DNA from: an uncultured Nitrospirota bacterium
Lineage (GTDB): Bacteria; Nitrospirota; Thermodesulfovibrionia; Thermodesulfovibrionales; JdFR-85
NCBI GenBank assembly: GCA_964515925.1
Contig: CAZEYP010000005.1
Span: 276 to 64,275, forward strand
Direction: 5' to 3'
Length of the DNA stretch: 64,000 bases
Both the position numbers and the translations under genes were made by a program. Position 1 is the stretch's first letter. Every line of letters begins with the position of its first letter. Positions 1-8,113 of the stretch are shown here, in pieces. The notes under the pieces are model-generated. The model saw only the letters and a program-made list of their open reading frames with translations. It made no database searches and was not told the origin of the DNA.

Positions 1-678
1 GACCTTATAAACACCTTAAAAAAAATAATCGCCGAGTTCTCACCCGAACACCTCTTGATCGAACCAAGCGGTATTGCATCTGTCTCAGGGATAGTGGATG
101 CGCTGCTTCAGACCGGGATTTCAGGGTTTACAGTAATTACTATTGTGGACTCAGTAGATTTTCTGGACTTCTATGACTCAGGAATGTACGGAGAGTTTTT
201 TGAAGACCAGATAAGGAATGCTGACCTCCTATTAATAAACAAGATAGACCTTGTAACGCCAGACATCATCATGAAAACAAGGAATATAATCTCCAAACTA
301 AATCCAACTGCAATAATTATCCCAACAGTTAAAGCAAAGATTGGCATAGAAATACCATCACATCAGGCAGTTAGAAAACAATTCCACTACAATAATCACC
401 TGCATCTTGAGAGCATTGCAATTGACCTACCCAAAGGCGTAACCAAAGATAAAATTGAAAAACTCTTTAACGAATTCAAAACTGGAAGGTTCGGTAATGT
501 AGTCAGGGCAAAGGCACTGATAAAAGAAAAAAGCGGTTCTTACATAATCGATATTGCCTCTGGAAAATGTTTCACAAACTGTCTTCCAAAGGATACAAAT
601 CGGGATAGAATGGTTGTAATCTTCAGAGAATCAGACACAGAAAACCTCGCATCAGAGATTATGAGCTGGCTATCATAA
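1..678 (+). CDS. CobW/G3E-family P-loop GTPase, C-terminal part (5' end outside window)
   Basis: Frame 1 is open from nt 1 (DLINTLKKIIAEFSPEHLLIEPSG...). It has an NKxD-type motif (LLLINKIDLV) followed by a CobW_C-like tail. Confidence 0.7.
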   Translation, partial: DLINTLKKIIAEFSPEHLLIEPSGIASVSGIVDALLQTGISGFTVITIVDSVDFLDFYDSGMYGEFFEDQIRNADLLLINKIDLVTPDIIMKTRNIISKLNPTAIIIPTVKAKIGIEIPSHQAVRKQFHYNNHLHLESIAIDLPKGVTKDKIEKLFNEFKTGRFGNVVRAKALIKEKSGSYIIDIASGKCFTNCLPKDTNRDRMVVIFRESDTENLASEIMSWLS

Positions 679-680
679 AG

Positions 681-1799
681 TCAGCCTCTTATATTCATAA
701 TCCTTCTTATAACCCTCCCTGCCATAGGCTCTCTAACCTTTAAGGCTGCATGAGGGCAAACCTCAACACAACAGTAGCATCTTATACACCTTTCATAATC
801 AAACTTTATGGAAGAGTCAGTCTTCCATATTGCACTGGCAGGACAATAGCTCCAGCACTGTCCACACTGTTTACAATCTTCCGGAGTTACCACAGGTCTT
901 TCCACAAGATGCCTTCTCATAATCCCATGCAGCCTTTCGGGCCCGAAGATGATTGGTCCCACTGAAGGTAACCTGAAATCCTTGACCTCTATAAGGGCAC
1001 CATCAATCATTATTTCATCCCCTTTAAATCCGTCTCTGAAGGCAGCCGAATTGGTAAAGAGCCTTTCAGGTGGTATCTTAAGCATCCTGCACACTGTAAC
1101 ATCCACTGCCACTGCACTGTCGCCACCAATCATAACCCCTAAATGTCTTGGTGTACCGCTTTTCCCCGGGCCATCACCCTCCATTGCAAGTACACCATCA
1201 ATCAAGGTAACCGAGGGTGCTATCTTCTTTGCTATCAGATAAAGTAGCTCTGCAAATCTTGCCCTGTCCACACCCGCCCTGAGATGCCATCTTGGCTTCT
1301 CCATCCCCACAATACAACCGAAAAGGTTCTTCACACCAAGAGTCAGAAGCATCTGGCTATGAGTTTTTAGTTTCGGAAGATTTATTACATGGTCAGCCTC
1401 CATAACATCCCTTGCTATCTCTATCTCTCCGAAGGGCCTCCCAATGTCAACCCTCATCGACTCTTTTAACTCCTTGAACTCTACGGGCAGTCCTTTAAAG
1501 GCATCCAGGTATCCCCCCTCCTTCAAAACCTTATTAAAAGACCCCATGGCAGGACTGTCGGAGATTATCACACTGCAGCCTTTCTCTATAAAATACTCGG
1601 CCACAGCCTTTACCACTAACGGGTGGGTAAGAATGGCCATGTCTTCTCGGGCAGGAGCAAGAAGGTTTGGTTTTAAAAGAACCCTCTGTTTTTGTAAGAA
1701 GCCACACTCAAGGCCATTAATAATGGTATGAATAGAGCTCTTAAGGCTCTCATATTCATAGGTCTTCTGCTGTGTTACTATAACTCTGTATGCCATCAA
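681..1799 (-). CDS. DUF362-family protein with C-terminal 2x[4Fe-4S] ferredoxin domain
   Basis: 372 aa. N-terminal region is DUF362-like (RVLLKPNLL...). C-terminus carries CKQCGQCWSYCP and CIRCYCCVEVCP cluster motifs. Start overlaps the upstream stop (ATGA). Confidence 0.7.
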   Translation of the reverse strand: MMAYRVIVTQQKTYEYESLKSSIHTIINGLECGFLQKQRVLLKPNLLAPAREDMAILTHPLVVKAVAEYFIEKGCSVIISDSPAMGSFNKVLKEGGYLDAFKGLPVEFKELKESMRVDIGRPFGEIEIARDVMEADHVINLPKLKTHSQMLLTLGVKNLFGCIVGMEKPRWHLRAGVDRARFAELLYLIAKKIAPSVTLIDGVLAMEGDGPGKSGTPRHLGVMIGGDSAVAVDVTVCRMLKIPPERLFTNSAAFRDGFKGDEIMIDGALIEVKDFRLPSVGPIIFGPERLHGIMRRHLVERPVVTPEDCKQCGQCWSYCPASAIWKTDSSIKFDYERCIRCYCCVEVCPHAALKVREPMAGRVIRRIMNIRG

Positions 1800-2701
1800 T
1801 AGTGATGTTGTTCCGGGTGAATTTCCCTGATAATTGACAGATCGAATACCTCCTCGCTACTTAAAACTCTATCTATATAGTTCAGGTCATAAAGTCTTTT
1901 TATCAGCCTCTCCGTGCACTCTATGTATTCATCAGGCAGTGAAGCACAGTAGCGTGGAGAAATATTTATGGCATTTAAAACAAACTCTTTATCAACAATT
2001 CCCATTAATCGGGCAATCCACTCTGCTGCCTCTTCAGGAGTTCTATTTAATATCTCTGTACAATGTTCATGGAGCCTTAAAAACTCCCTCAACTCTTCAG
2101 GTACATCCTCTATCAGTTTTTCATTTACCACTATCCCATAGCTTGGATTATAGGGCCACAGTTTTGAAGGAGGATACAATATATCACCATCAGCATAAAC
2201 CCTCACAGCCTGAGCCAGTGCAGGGGTGCCAATAACCGCATCTGCCTCTCCTCTGACAAATGCCTCAAGGACCTCATCAGCCCATTTCATATTTATAACC
2301 TCTGTATCAGACTCGCATCGGTTTATTGTGTCTTTAAGGATAAGATCATGGATTGAGCCCTTACCTGGCACAGCTACCCTTTTAAGGTTTCGAAATATGC
2401 TGCAGAGTTCGTCTTCAGATAAAGCCTTAAGCTCTTTAGTTGAGGCAAGAACCGTCCCTTCTACATGACCACCTGCAATACATTTTATTTTAAGCCCTCC
2501 GGCAATTCCTATGGTTGCAGGTGGAAGTCCGATATAGGCAATATCTATCAATCCTTCCTGGAAGGCCCTTACAATTGCAGGGCCTGTGCCATAAAGGCTC
2601 CATTGTATCTCAAAGGTGAGACCCTCGGTAAGCGATGGGTTTGCCTGCATTAGTATGGATGTATGGTAAAGGGTGGAAAGATGTCCGATCCTGAGTTTCA
2701 T
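1796..2701 (-). CDS. NMT1/THI5-like (NitT/TauT-type) substrate-binding-fold protein, no signal peptide
   Basis: 301 aa starting MKLRIGHLSTLYHTS, typical of NMT1-like binding proteins. No N-terminal hydrophobic signal. Confidence 0.5.
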   Translation of the reverse strand: MKLRIGHLSTLYHTSILMQANPSLTEGLTFEIQWSLYGTGPAIVRAFQEGLIDIAYIGLPPATIGIAGGLKIKCIAGGHVEGTVLASTKELKALSEDELCSIFRNLKRVAVPGKGSIHDLILKDTINRCESDTEVINMKWADEVLEAFVRGEADAVIGTPALAQAVRVYADGDILYPPSKLWPYNPSYGIVVNEKLIEDVPEELREFLRLHEHCTEILNRTPEEAAEWIARLMGIVDKEFVLNAINISPRYCASLPDEYIECTERLIKRLYDLNYIDRVLSSEEVFDLSIIREIHPEQHHY

Positions 2702-2762
2702 ACTTTTTATTTTAACCTATCTATCCCGGTTCAGTCTCCTGAATTAATACCTCCTGTCGTTA

Positions 2763-2771
2763 TGATAAAAT
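2763..2771 (+). promoter_or_regulatory. Candidate extended -10 (TGaTAAAAT) placed so that +1 falls on the ATG of the kinase gene
   Basis: TG at 2763-2764 and hexamer TAAAAT at 2766-2771. The ATG starts at 2778 and no Shine-Dalgarno lies between. Confidence 0.3.
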
Positions 2772-2777
2772 AAGACT

Positions 2778-5237
2778 ATGGATATAACCACAACCCTGTC
2801 AGATACAGCTCTTTTGTGGCAGACACTTGATGCCCTGGGGCTTTCTGCATTCACTACTGATAAAGAACTCTGCATACAGGACTGTAATCATACCGTTTCA
2901 AAAAAATTCTCTTACAGAAGAGACGAGCTCCTTGGACTGAACATAAACTTTCTTATTACAACCCCTTCTCTTAAACCATCCTTTTTGACAGACCAGATTC
3001 ATGTGTTTGATGGAAGGTGCTTGAAAAAAGACAGAGAGGCATTTCCTGCAAAAATTACAATTATACCAGGGGATGAAGGCTTCACCGTTATTGTGGAAGA
3101 TATTACCAATACCCTTAAGATTGCTCAGCGTGCTACCCAGAGAAGACGAGAAATCAACACCTATAACCAGCTATCCATAATATTGAGTCAGTCTAAGACA
3201 CTTAAAGAACTCACCGAATCAGTCGTAGACGGCCTTGTAAATACACTCAATGTGGATGGAGCCTGGATATATCTACTGGATGATGAGACAGGGGAGTTAA
3301 GGCTTTGTTGTTCAAAGGGTATAAAGGATGGAGCCTTTGACGAAGCTCGTTTTCTTAAGCCCTACGAATGCTTCATAGGAAGAGTACTTAGTGCTGGCAG
3401 GGCACTTCTTGTCAGGGATGCAAGGAAGGACCCCCGTATAACACATATTAAACTTAACGAGCTTGACTTCAGAACAATTGCAGGAGTGCCTCTGAAGGTC
3501 AAGTCCATTGATACCTCCTCATGGAGAATAGTTGGAGTGCTCGGGGTAGGTAAGAAAGAGTCTGCAAGCTTTACATCACTTGATATGCAATTCCTTTCCA
3601 CCATTGGCAACCACCTTGGTGTTGCAATAGAGAATTTAAAGCTTTTAGACAATCTCAAGGAAAAAATGAAACAGATAGAGCTTATAAACGAAATTGCATC
3701 GGTTGTGAATTCAAGCCTTAGCATTGGTCATATATTCAGAATAGTTGCATCAGAGCTAAGGGGAATGATTAATTTCGATAGGGCAAGTATAAATATCATC
3801 GAAGAGCATAAAAATCGCCAGAAGATATTTGCCCTGGATACAAGGCTTGAAACAAATCTTCCAAGGGGAATGTACGCCCCTTTAGAGGGGACAAGTTCGG
3901 GCTGGGCAGCCTTAAACCAGAAACCCTTCATAAACAGGGACTTAAAAAGGGAGATTAGATTCCCCCATGATGAAAAGCTGCTTAATGAAGGTATAAGATC
4001 AACCATCAGCATTCCTCTTTATAAAGACAGGCCCCTTGGCACACTGAATTTTGATAGCCTGGAGCCAGATAGATATTCTGAAAAGGATATTGAAATACTC
4101 ATCCCCATATCTAAACATCTTTCAATAGCACTGGAAAATGCACTGCTTTTTGAAGAGATAACAAAGGAGAAAAGACAGTGGGAAAAGACCTTCGATGCCA
4201 TTACAGACCTTGTATGGATAGAAGACCTGGAAGGCAGGGTATTAAGGGTTAACAGAACCGTTATTGAAAAGTCAGGCAAACCAGAACTCTCACTTATAAA
4301 AAAGGACTCCTCTGAAATAATGAAGCTCCTTAACATTCAACATGATGATAAGGAGTCTAAAGGGACAGGAAAAGAGAGAAAGAGGATTTATAAAGAACTG
4401 ATTGGTATTGACGGAACATCCTATCATTACTGGACCTACCCCCTGATGGATAGCGAGGGCAGGGTCTATGGAACCGTTAATTATATCAGGGATGTTACAG
4501 AGCAAAAAAGGCTTGAACAAAAGCTCATCCGTGCTGACAAACTGGCATCCCTCGGCACATTGATAGCTGGTGTTGCCCATGAGATTAATAATCCACTGGG
4601 CATAATTGCTGGCTACTCAGAGGCACTTCTTGAAAGGTCCTCGGAGAAAGAGCTTCGCAACATTGAAGCATTCAAGGATTTCCCCGAATATCTTGAAACC
4701 ATAAACAGGGAAATCTTCAGATGCAAAAATATCCTGTCAAGTCTGCTTGACTTTGCCCGTCCTACATCAGGAACACGACGATTAATCAATCTCAATGAGC
4801 TTATTAAAGAGGTTATTCTACTTGTAAACCATAGAGCCCGAAAGTTAAGTCACACAATAAAATTAGACCTGAGCGATAGGATTCCAGAAATTATGGCCGA
4901 CCCTAGCGCATTAAGACAGCTCTTTATGAACATAATAATGAACTCCCTCTACTTTATGAAAAAAAAGGGTAAAGTAACTGTAGTTACCAGATTGGAAGGA
5001 AAGGCAAAGAGTAAAAATGTAGTGGTGAAGATCAAAGACAACGGTATAGGCATAAAAAAGGAAGACCTGTATAAGGTTTTTGATCCATTTTTTACTACCA
5101 AACCAGTGGGAGAAGGCACCGGACTTGGGCTTTCAATATGTCACAGGATTGTTACTGAACACAGAGGCACAATAGATGTTGACAGCATACCTGGCAAAGG
5201 AACTACCTTTACTATTTCACTACCGGTAGAAAGTTAG
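2778..5237 (+). CDS. Cytoplasmic multi-domain sensor histidine kinase (PAS-GAF-GAF-PAS-HisKA-HATPase)
   Basis: 819 aa. H-box AHEINNPLGII, G-boxes DNGIGI and GTGLGLSI, no TM segments, long GAF-like repeats. Confidence 0.85.
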   Translation: MDITTTLSDTALLWQTLDALGLSAFTTDKELCIQDCNHTVSKKFSYRRDELLGLNINFLITTPSLKPSFLTDQIHVFDGRCLKKDREAFPAKITIIPGDEGFTVIVEDITNTLKIAQRATQRRREINTYNQLSIILSQSKTLKELTESVVDGLVNTLNVDGAWIYLLDDETGELRLCCSKGIKDGAFDEARFLKPYECFIGRVLSAGRALLVRDARKDPRITHIKLNELDFRTIAGVPLKVKSIDTSSWRIVGVLGVGKKESASFTSLDMQFLSTIGNHLGVAIENLKLLDNLKEKMKQIELINEIASVVNSSLSIGHIFRIVASELRGMINFDRASINIIEEHKNRQKIFALDTRLETNLPRGMYAPLEGTSSGWAALNQKPFINRDLKREIRFPHDEKLLNEGIRSTISIPLYKDRPLGTLNFDSLEPDRYSEKDIEILIPISKHLSIALENALLFEEITKEKRQWEKTFDAITDLVWIEDLEGRVLRVNRTVIEKSGKPELSLIKKDSSEIMKLLNIQHDDKESKGTGKERKRIYKELIGIDGTSYHYWTYPLMDSEGRVYGTVNYIRDVTEQKRLEQKLIRADKLASLGTLIAGVAHEINNPLGIIAGYSEALLERSSEKELRNIEAFKDFPEYLETINREIFRCKNILSSLLDFARPTSGTRRLINLNELIKEVILLVNHRARKLSHTIKLDLSDRIPEIMADPSALRQLFMNIIMNSLYFMKKKGKVTVVTRLEGKAKSKNVVVKIKDNGIGIKKEDLYKVFDPFFTTKPVGEGTGLGLSICHRIVTEHRGTIDVDSIPGKGTTFTISLPVES

Positions 5238-5245
5238 GGATGTTT

Positions 5246-5280
5246 GATTTATGATTTATGATTTCAGATTTTAGATTTAT
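5246..5280. repeat. Heptamer tandem array GATTTNN x5
   Basis: gatttat gatttat gatttca gatttta gatttat, directly after the kinase stop. Confidence 0.9.
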
Positions 5281-5294
5281 TTATAAATTTTACC

Positions 5295-6644
5295 ATGGAA
5301 AACAGAAATATAAATATACTTGTTGTAGATGATGAGGAGCCTGTCAGAAGGCTCCTTAAGAATGAACTCAGCAGAAAAGGCTTTCTTGTTGATACTGCCT
5401 CAAATGGCACAGTGGCACTGAACAAACTGAAGGAACACAACTTCGATATAGTCCTTTTAGATATTGTTATGCCTGAACTTGATGGGATCTCTTTTCTAAA
5501 AAAACTCAAGAAAGACCCATCATCTCCTGCAATCATAGTACTTACCGGCAGGGCAACCGTTGATACTGCTGTAGAGGCAATGAAAAACGGAGCCACCGAT
5601 TATCTATCAAAGCCTTACAAACTGGAAGAGCTTGTTCTGGTCATCAGGAAGGCCTTTGAAGAACGGCGACTCCGCCTCGAAAATATAATGCTTCAGCACG
5701 CTCTTAAGGAACAGTTTGAACCCAGAGAATTTGTAGGTAAAGGCAAATTATATAAGGAGTTAATTGAATATATTAAAAAGGTTGCCCCTACCGACTCAAG
5801 TGTGCTCATAGTTGGTGAAAGTGGAACCGGCAAGGAGCTGGTGGCCCGGCTTGTCTGGAAATATAGCAACAGGGCATCGGGCCCTTTTCTGGCACTTAAC
5901 TGTGCAACCCTTTCAGAGAGTCTTATTGAAAGCGAACTTTTTGGTCATGAAAAAGGCGCTTTCACCAATGCATTTAAGATAAAGTACGGACTTGTCGAGG
6001 CTGCAGACAAGGGCACACTCTTTCTTGACGAAATTGCAGAGATGCCGCAGCAGCTACAGGCCAAACTCCTCAGATTTCTCGACTCTGGTGAGTTCCGCAG
6101 GGTGGGAGGAACCAAGAATCTGCGAGTTGATGTAAGAATAATAGCTGCAACAAATAAACGGCTTGAAGAGCTTATTAAAAAAGGGGACTTCAGAAATGAT
6201 CTATATTACAGATTGAATGTTATCAATATCGAGCTTCCACCCTTAAGGGATCGCATAGAAGATATTGTTCCTCTTGTTAATCACTTTATAAAAAAGTACA
6301 ACCACAAATTTACAAAAAACATAAGAGGAATTGAAAACTCAGCACTGTCGCTGCTCAAGAGATATAAATGGCCAGGGAATGTGAGGGAGCTTGAAAATGT
6401 TATTGAGCGTGCTGTGATCCTTTGTGATGGAGAGAGGATTAAAACAGAACACCTAACTCTACCCTGTTCAAACCTCTCCGATACAGAGCCTGACTCTTTA
6501 AAACTCGCGGATATGGAAAAAAGGCACATTGTCAGGGTATTAGAGAAGACAGGCTGGAATCAGTCGAAGGCAAGCAGGCTGCTTGGTATAGACAGGAAGA
6601 CCCTTTACCTGAAGATAAAAAGATATGGTATTGAAAGGTTTTGA
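5295..6644 (+). CDS. Sigma54-dependent response regulator (NtrC family: REC-AAA+-Fis HTH)
   Basis: 449 aa. Receiver DIVLLDIVMP, Walker A GESGTGKE, GAFTNA loop, WPGNVRELEN, C-terminal HTH (NQSKASRLLGIDRKTLY). Confidence 0.9.
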   Translation: MENRNINILVVDDEEPVRRLLKNELSRKGFLVDTASNGTVALNKLKEHNFDIVLLDIVMPELDGISFLKKLKKDPSSPAIIVLTGRATVDTAVEAMKNGATDYLSKPYKLEELVLVIRKAFEERRLRLENIMLQHALKEQFEPREFVGKGKLYKELIEYIKKVAPTDSSVLIVGESGTGKELVARLVWKYSNRASGPFLALNCATLSESLIESELFGHEKGAFTNAFKIKYGLVEAADKGTLFLDEIAEMPQQLQAKLLRFLDSGEFRRVGGTKNLRVDVRIIAATNKRLEELIKKGDFRNDLYYRLNVINIELPPLRDRIEDIVPLVNHFIKKYNHKFTKNIRGIENSALSLLKRYKWPGNVRELENVIERAVILCDGERIKTEHLTLPCSNLSDTEPDSLKLADMEKRHIVRVLEKTGWNQSKASRLLGIDRKTLYLKIKRYGIERF

Positions 6645-6707
6645 GATTTCAGATTTGGGATTTAAGATTTAAGATTTCAGATTTATGATGTTAGATTTAT
6701 GATTGAG
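6645..6707. repeat. Heptamer tandem array GATTTNN x9
   Basis: Begins at the nucleotide after the regulator stop codon and ends 5 nt before the next ATG, in unbroken 7-nt register. Confidence 0.9.
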
Positions 6708-6712
6708 ATGAA

Positions 6713-7330
6713 ATGAGCAAAGAATCCATAATAATGAAACATGCAGAGGAGTTCTTGAGTGCCCTCTCAAGACACTGCATAAACCATTGTGGACGAAATT
6801 TCTCTGCGGTTGAGATGCCGGTGTTCAAGAAATTTCTTAATTATCGGATAAAAAGAGAACTTGAATTTTATCAACTCTGTCTTGAGCATGCCTCTGTACT
6901 TCGCGAATCAGGCACCAGACTTACCTCTGACGACATAGACGAAATCATAGATGAAAGCATAAGCATTGATAAAAAGCTGCTCAGGGATATTCGATTTCTG
7001 CCTATTCGGATAGAGTTCGACTATAACAAGATACTTCCATTGAGGCGTAAAAGGGCCGAGCTGCAGATTAAACTCTTTTATCGGCTACTTGGTGCAAAAT
7101 CTTCAGACAGTTTTTCCGCAATCGTTAAAGAGGTGTTCAACAAAGAGGAGTATCTGGATATTAATAACGATATTGTCGAACTTTACACAGAGGAGGCCTT
7201 TATAATAAACTCTACAATAAAATCCATTATCAAGATTGATTCAGAAACACTGGCACATAATATGTTTTGTTCCATGCTGGATGTTGGTTTTAAGCTAAAC
7301 CGTGACTTTGCAAAAAGGCTTTTTGAATAA
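6713..7330 (+). CDS. Hypothetical protein
   Basis: 205-aa ORF with no recognisable motif. Its stop abuts the lgt start, and there is no clear SD because the upstream sequence is the repeat array. Confidence 0.5.
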   Translation: MSKESIIMKHAEEFLSALSRHCINHCGRNFSAVEMPVFKKFLNYRIKRELEFYQLCLEHASVLRESGTRLTSDDIDEIIDESISIDKKLLRDIRFLPIRIEFDYNKILPLRRKRAELQIKLFYRLLGAKSSDSFSAIVKEVFNKEEYLDINNDIVELYTEEAFIINSTIKSIIKIDSETLAHNMFCSMLDVGFKLNRDFAKRLFE

Positions 7331-8113
7331 TTGATACCCTATCCTGACATAAAACCCTATATAATCAAGATTGGTCCATTGCAGGTCAGATGGTATGGAC
7401 TGATGTACCTGCTTGGATTTACATCATCCTATCTGCTTGTCTGGTATCAGGTAAAAAAGAAAAGGCTTCCAATAGACAGACAGGTTATAGATGACCTCTA
7501 CTTTTACTTAATTCTCGGCCTTATCATTGGTGCAAGACTGGGTTATGTTGTTTTTTACAATCTACCCGAATACCTGAAAAACCCGCTGGAAGTCTTTGCC
7601 CTCTGGCATGGTGGCATGTCTTTTCACGGTGGGTTGATAGGCACAGTAGTGGCTGGCTACATCTTCTCAAGGAAACGGAATGTGGATTTCTGGCTCTTTG
7701 CTGACATGATAATAGCAACAGCTCCTATAGGGCTCGGTCTGGGAAGGATAGGAAACTTCATAAATGGTGAGCTTTTTGGAAGGCCCTCTACAGTGCCCTG
7801 GGCTATGGTCTTCCCTGAAGGTGGCCCCCTGCCAAGACATCCATCCCAGCTCTATGAGGCATCAGGTGAAGGTCTGCTGCTTTTTATTCTGCTGTGGTTC
7901 TTAAAAGACCGCATCAAGACCCCAGGATTTTTGACATCATACTTTCTAATATTTTACGGGGTTATAAGGTTTTTCCTCGAGTTCTTTCGCCAGCCTGACC
8001 CACAGCTTGGCTTTATAGTGTCTTTCTTAACGATGGGACAGATACTCTGTACGGGCATGATAGTGGCTGGTATCATACTTTATGTTATCAGGAGAAGAGT
8101 TGGCACGGTGTAA
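7331..8113 (+). CDS. lgt: Prolipoprotein diacylglyceryl transferase
   Basis: 260 aa, TTG start. Carries VRWYGLMYLLGF and GRIGNFINGELFGR motifs and multiple TM segments. Confidence 0.85.
   Translation: MIPYPDIKPYIIKIGPLQVRWYGLMYLLGFTSSYLLVWYQVKKKRLPIDRQVIDDLYFYLILGLIIGARLGYVVFYNLPEYLKNPLEVFALWHGGMSFHGGLIGTVVAGYIFSRKRNVDFWLFADMIIATAPIGLGLGRIGNFINGELFGRPSTVPWAMVFPEGGPLPRHPSQLYEASGEGLLLFILLWFLKDRIKTPGFLTSYFLIFYGVIRFFLEFFRQPDPQLGFIVSFLTMGQILCTGMIVAGIILYVIRRRVGTV

Noticed and set aside
8082-8113. 32-nt overlap between lgt and ccoI, considered as a possible frameshift or fusion signal.
   Set aside because: Both reading frames have intact family-typical termini: the Lgt C-terminal TM, and the CKHC metal-binding start of the ATPase. 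A TTG at 8100 would shorten the overlap. This is ordinary operon overlap.
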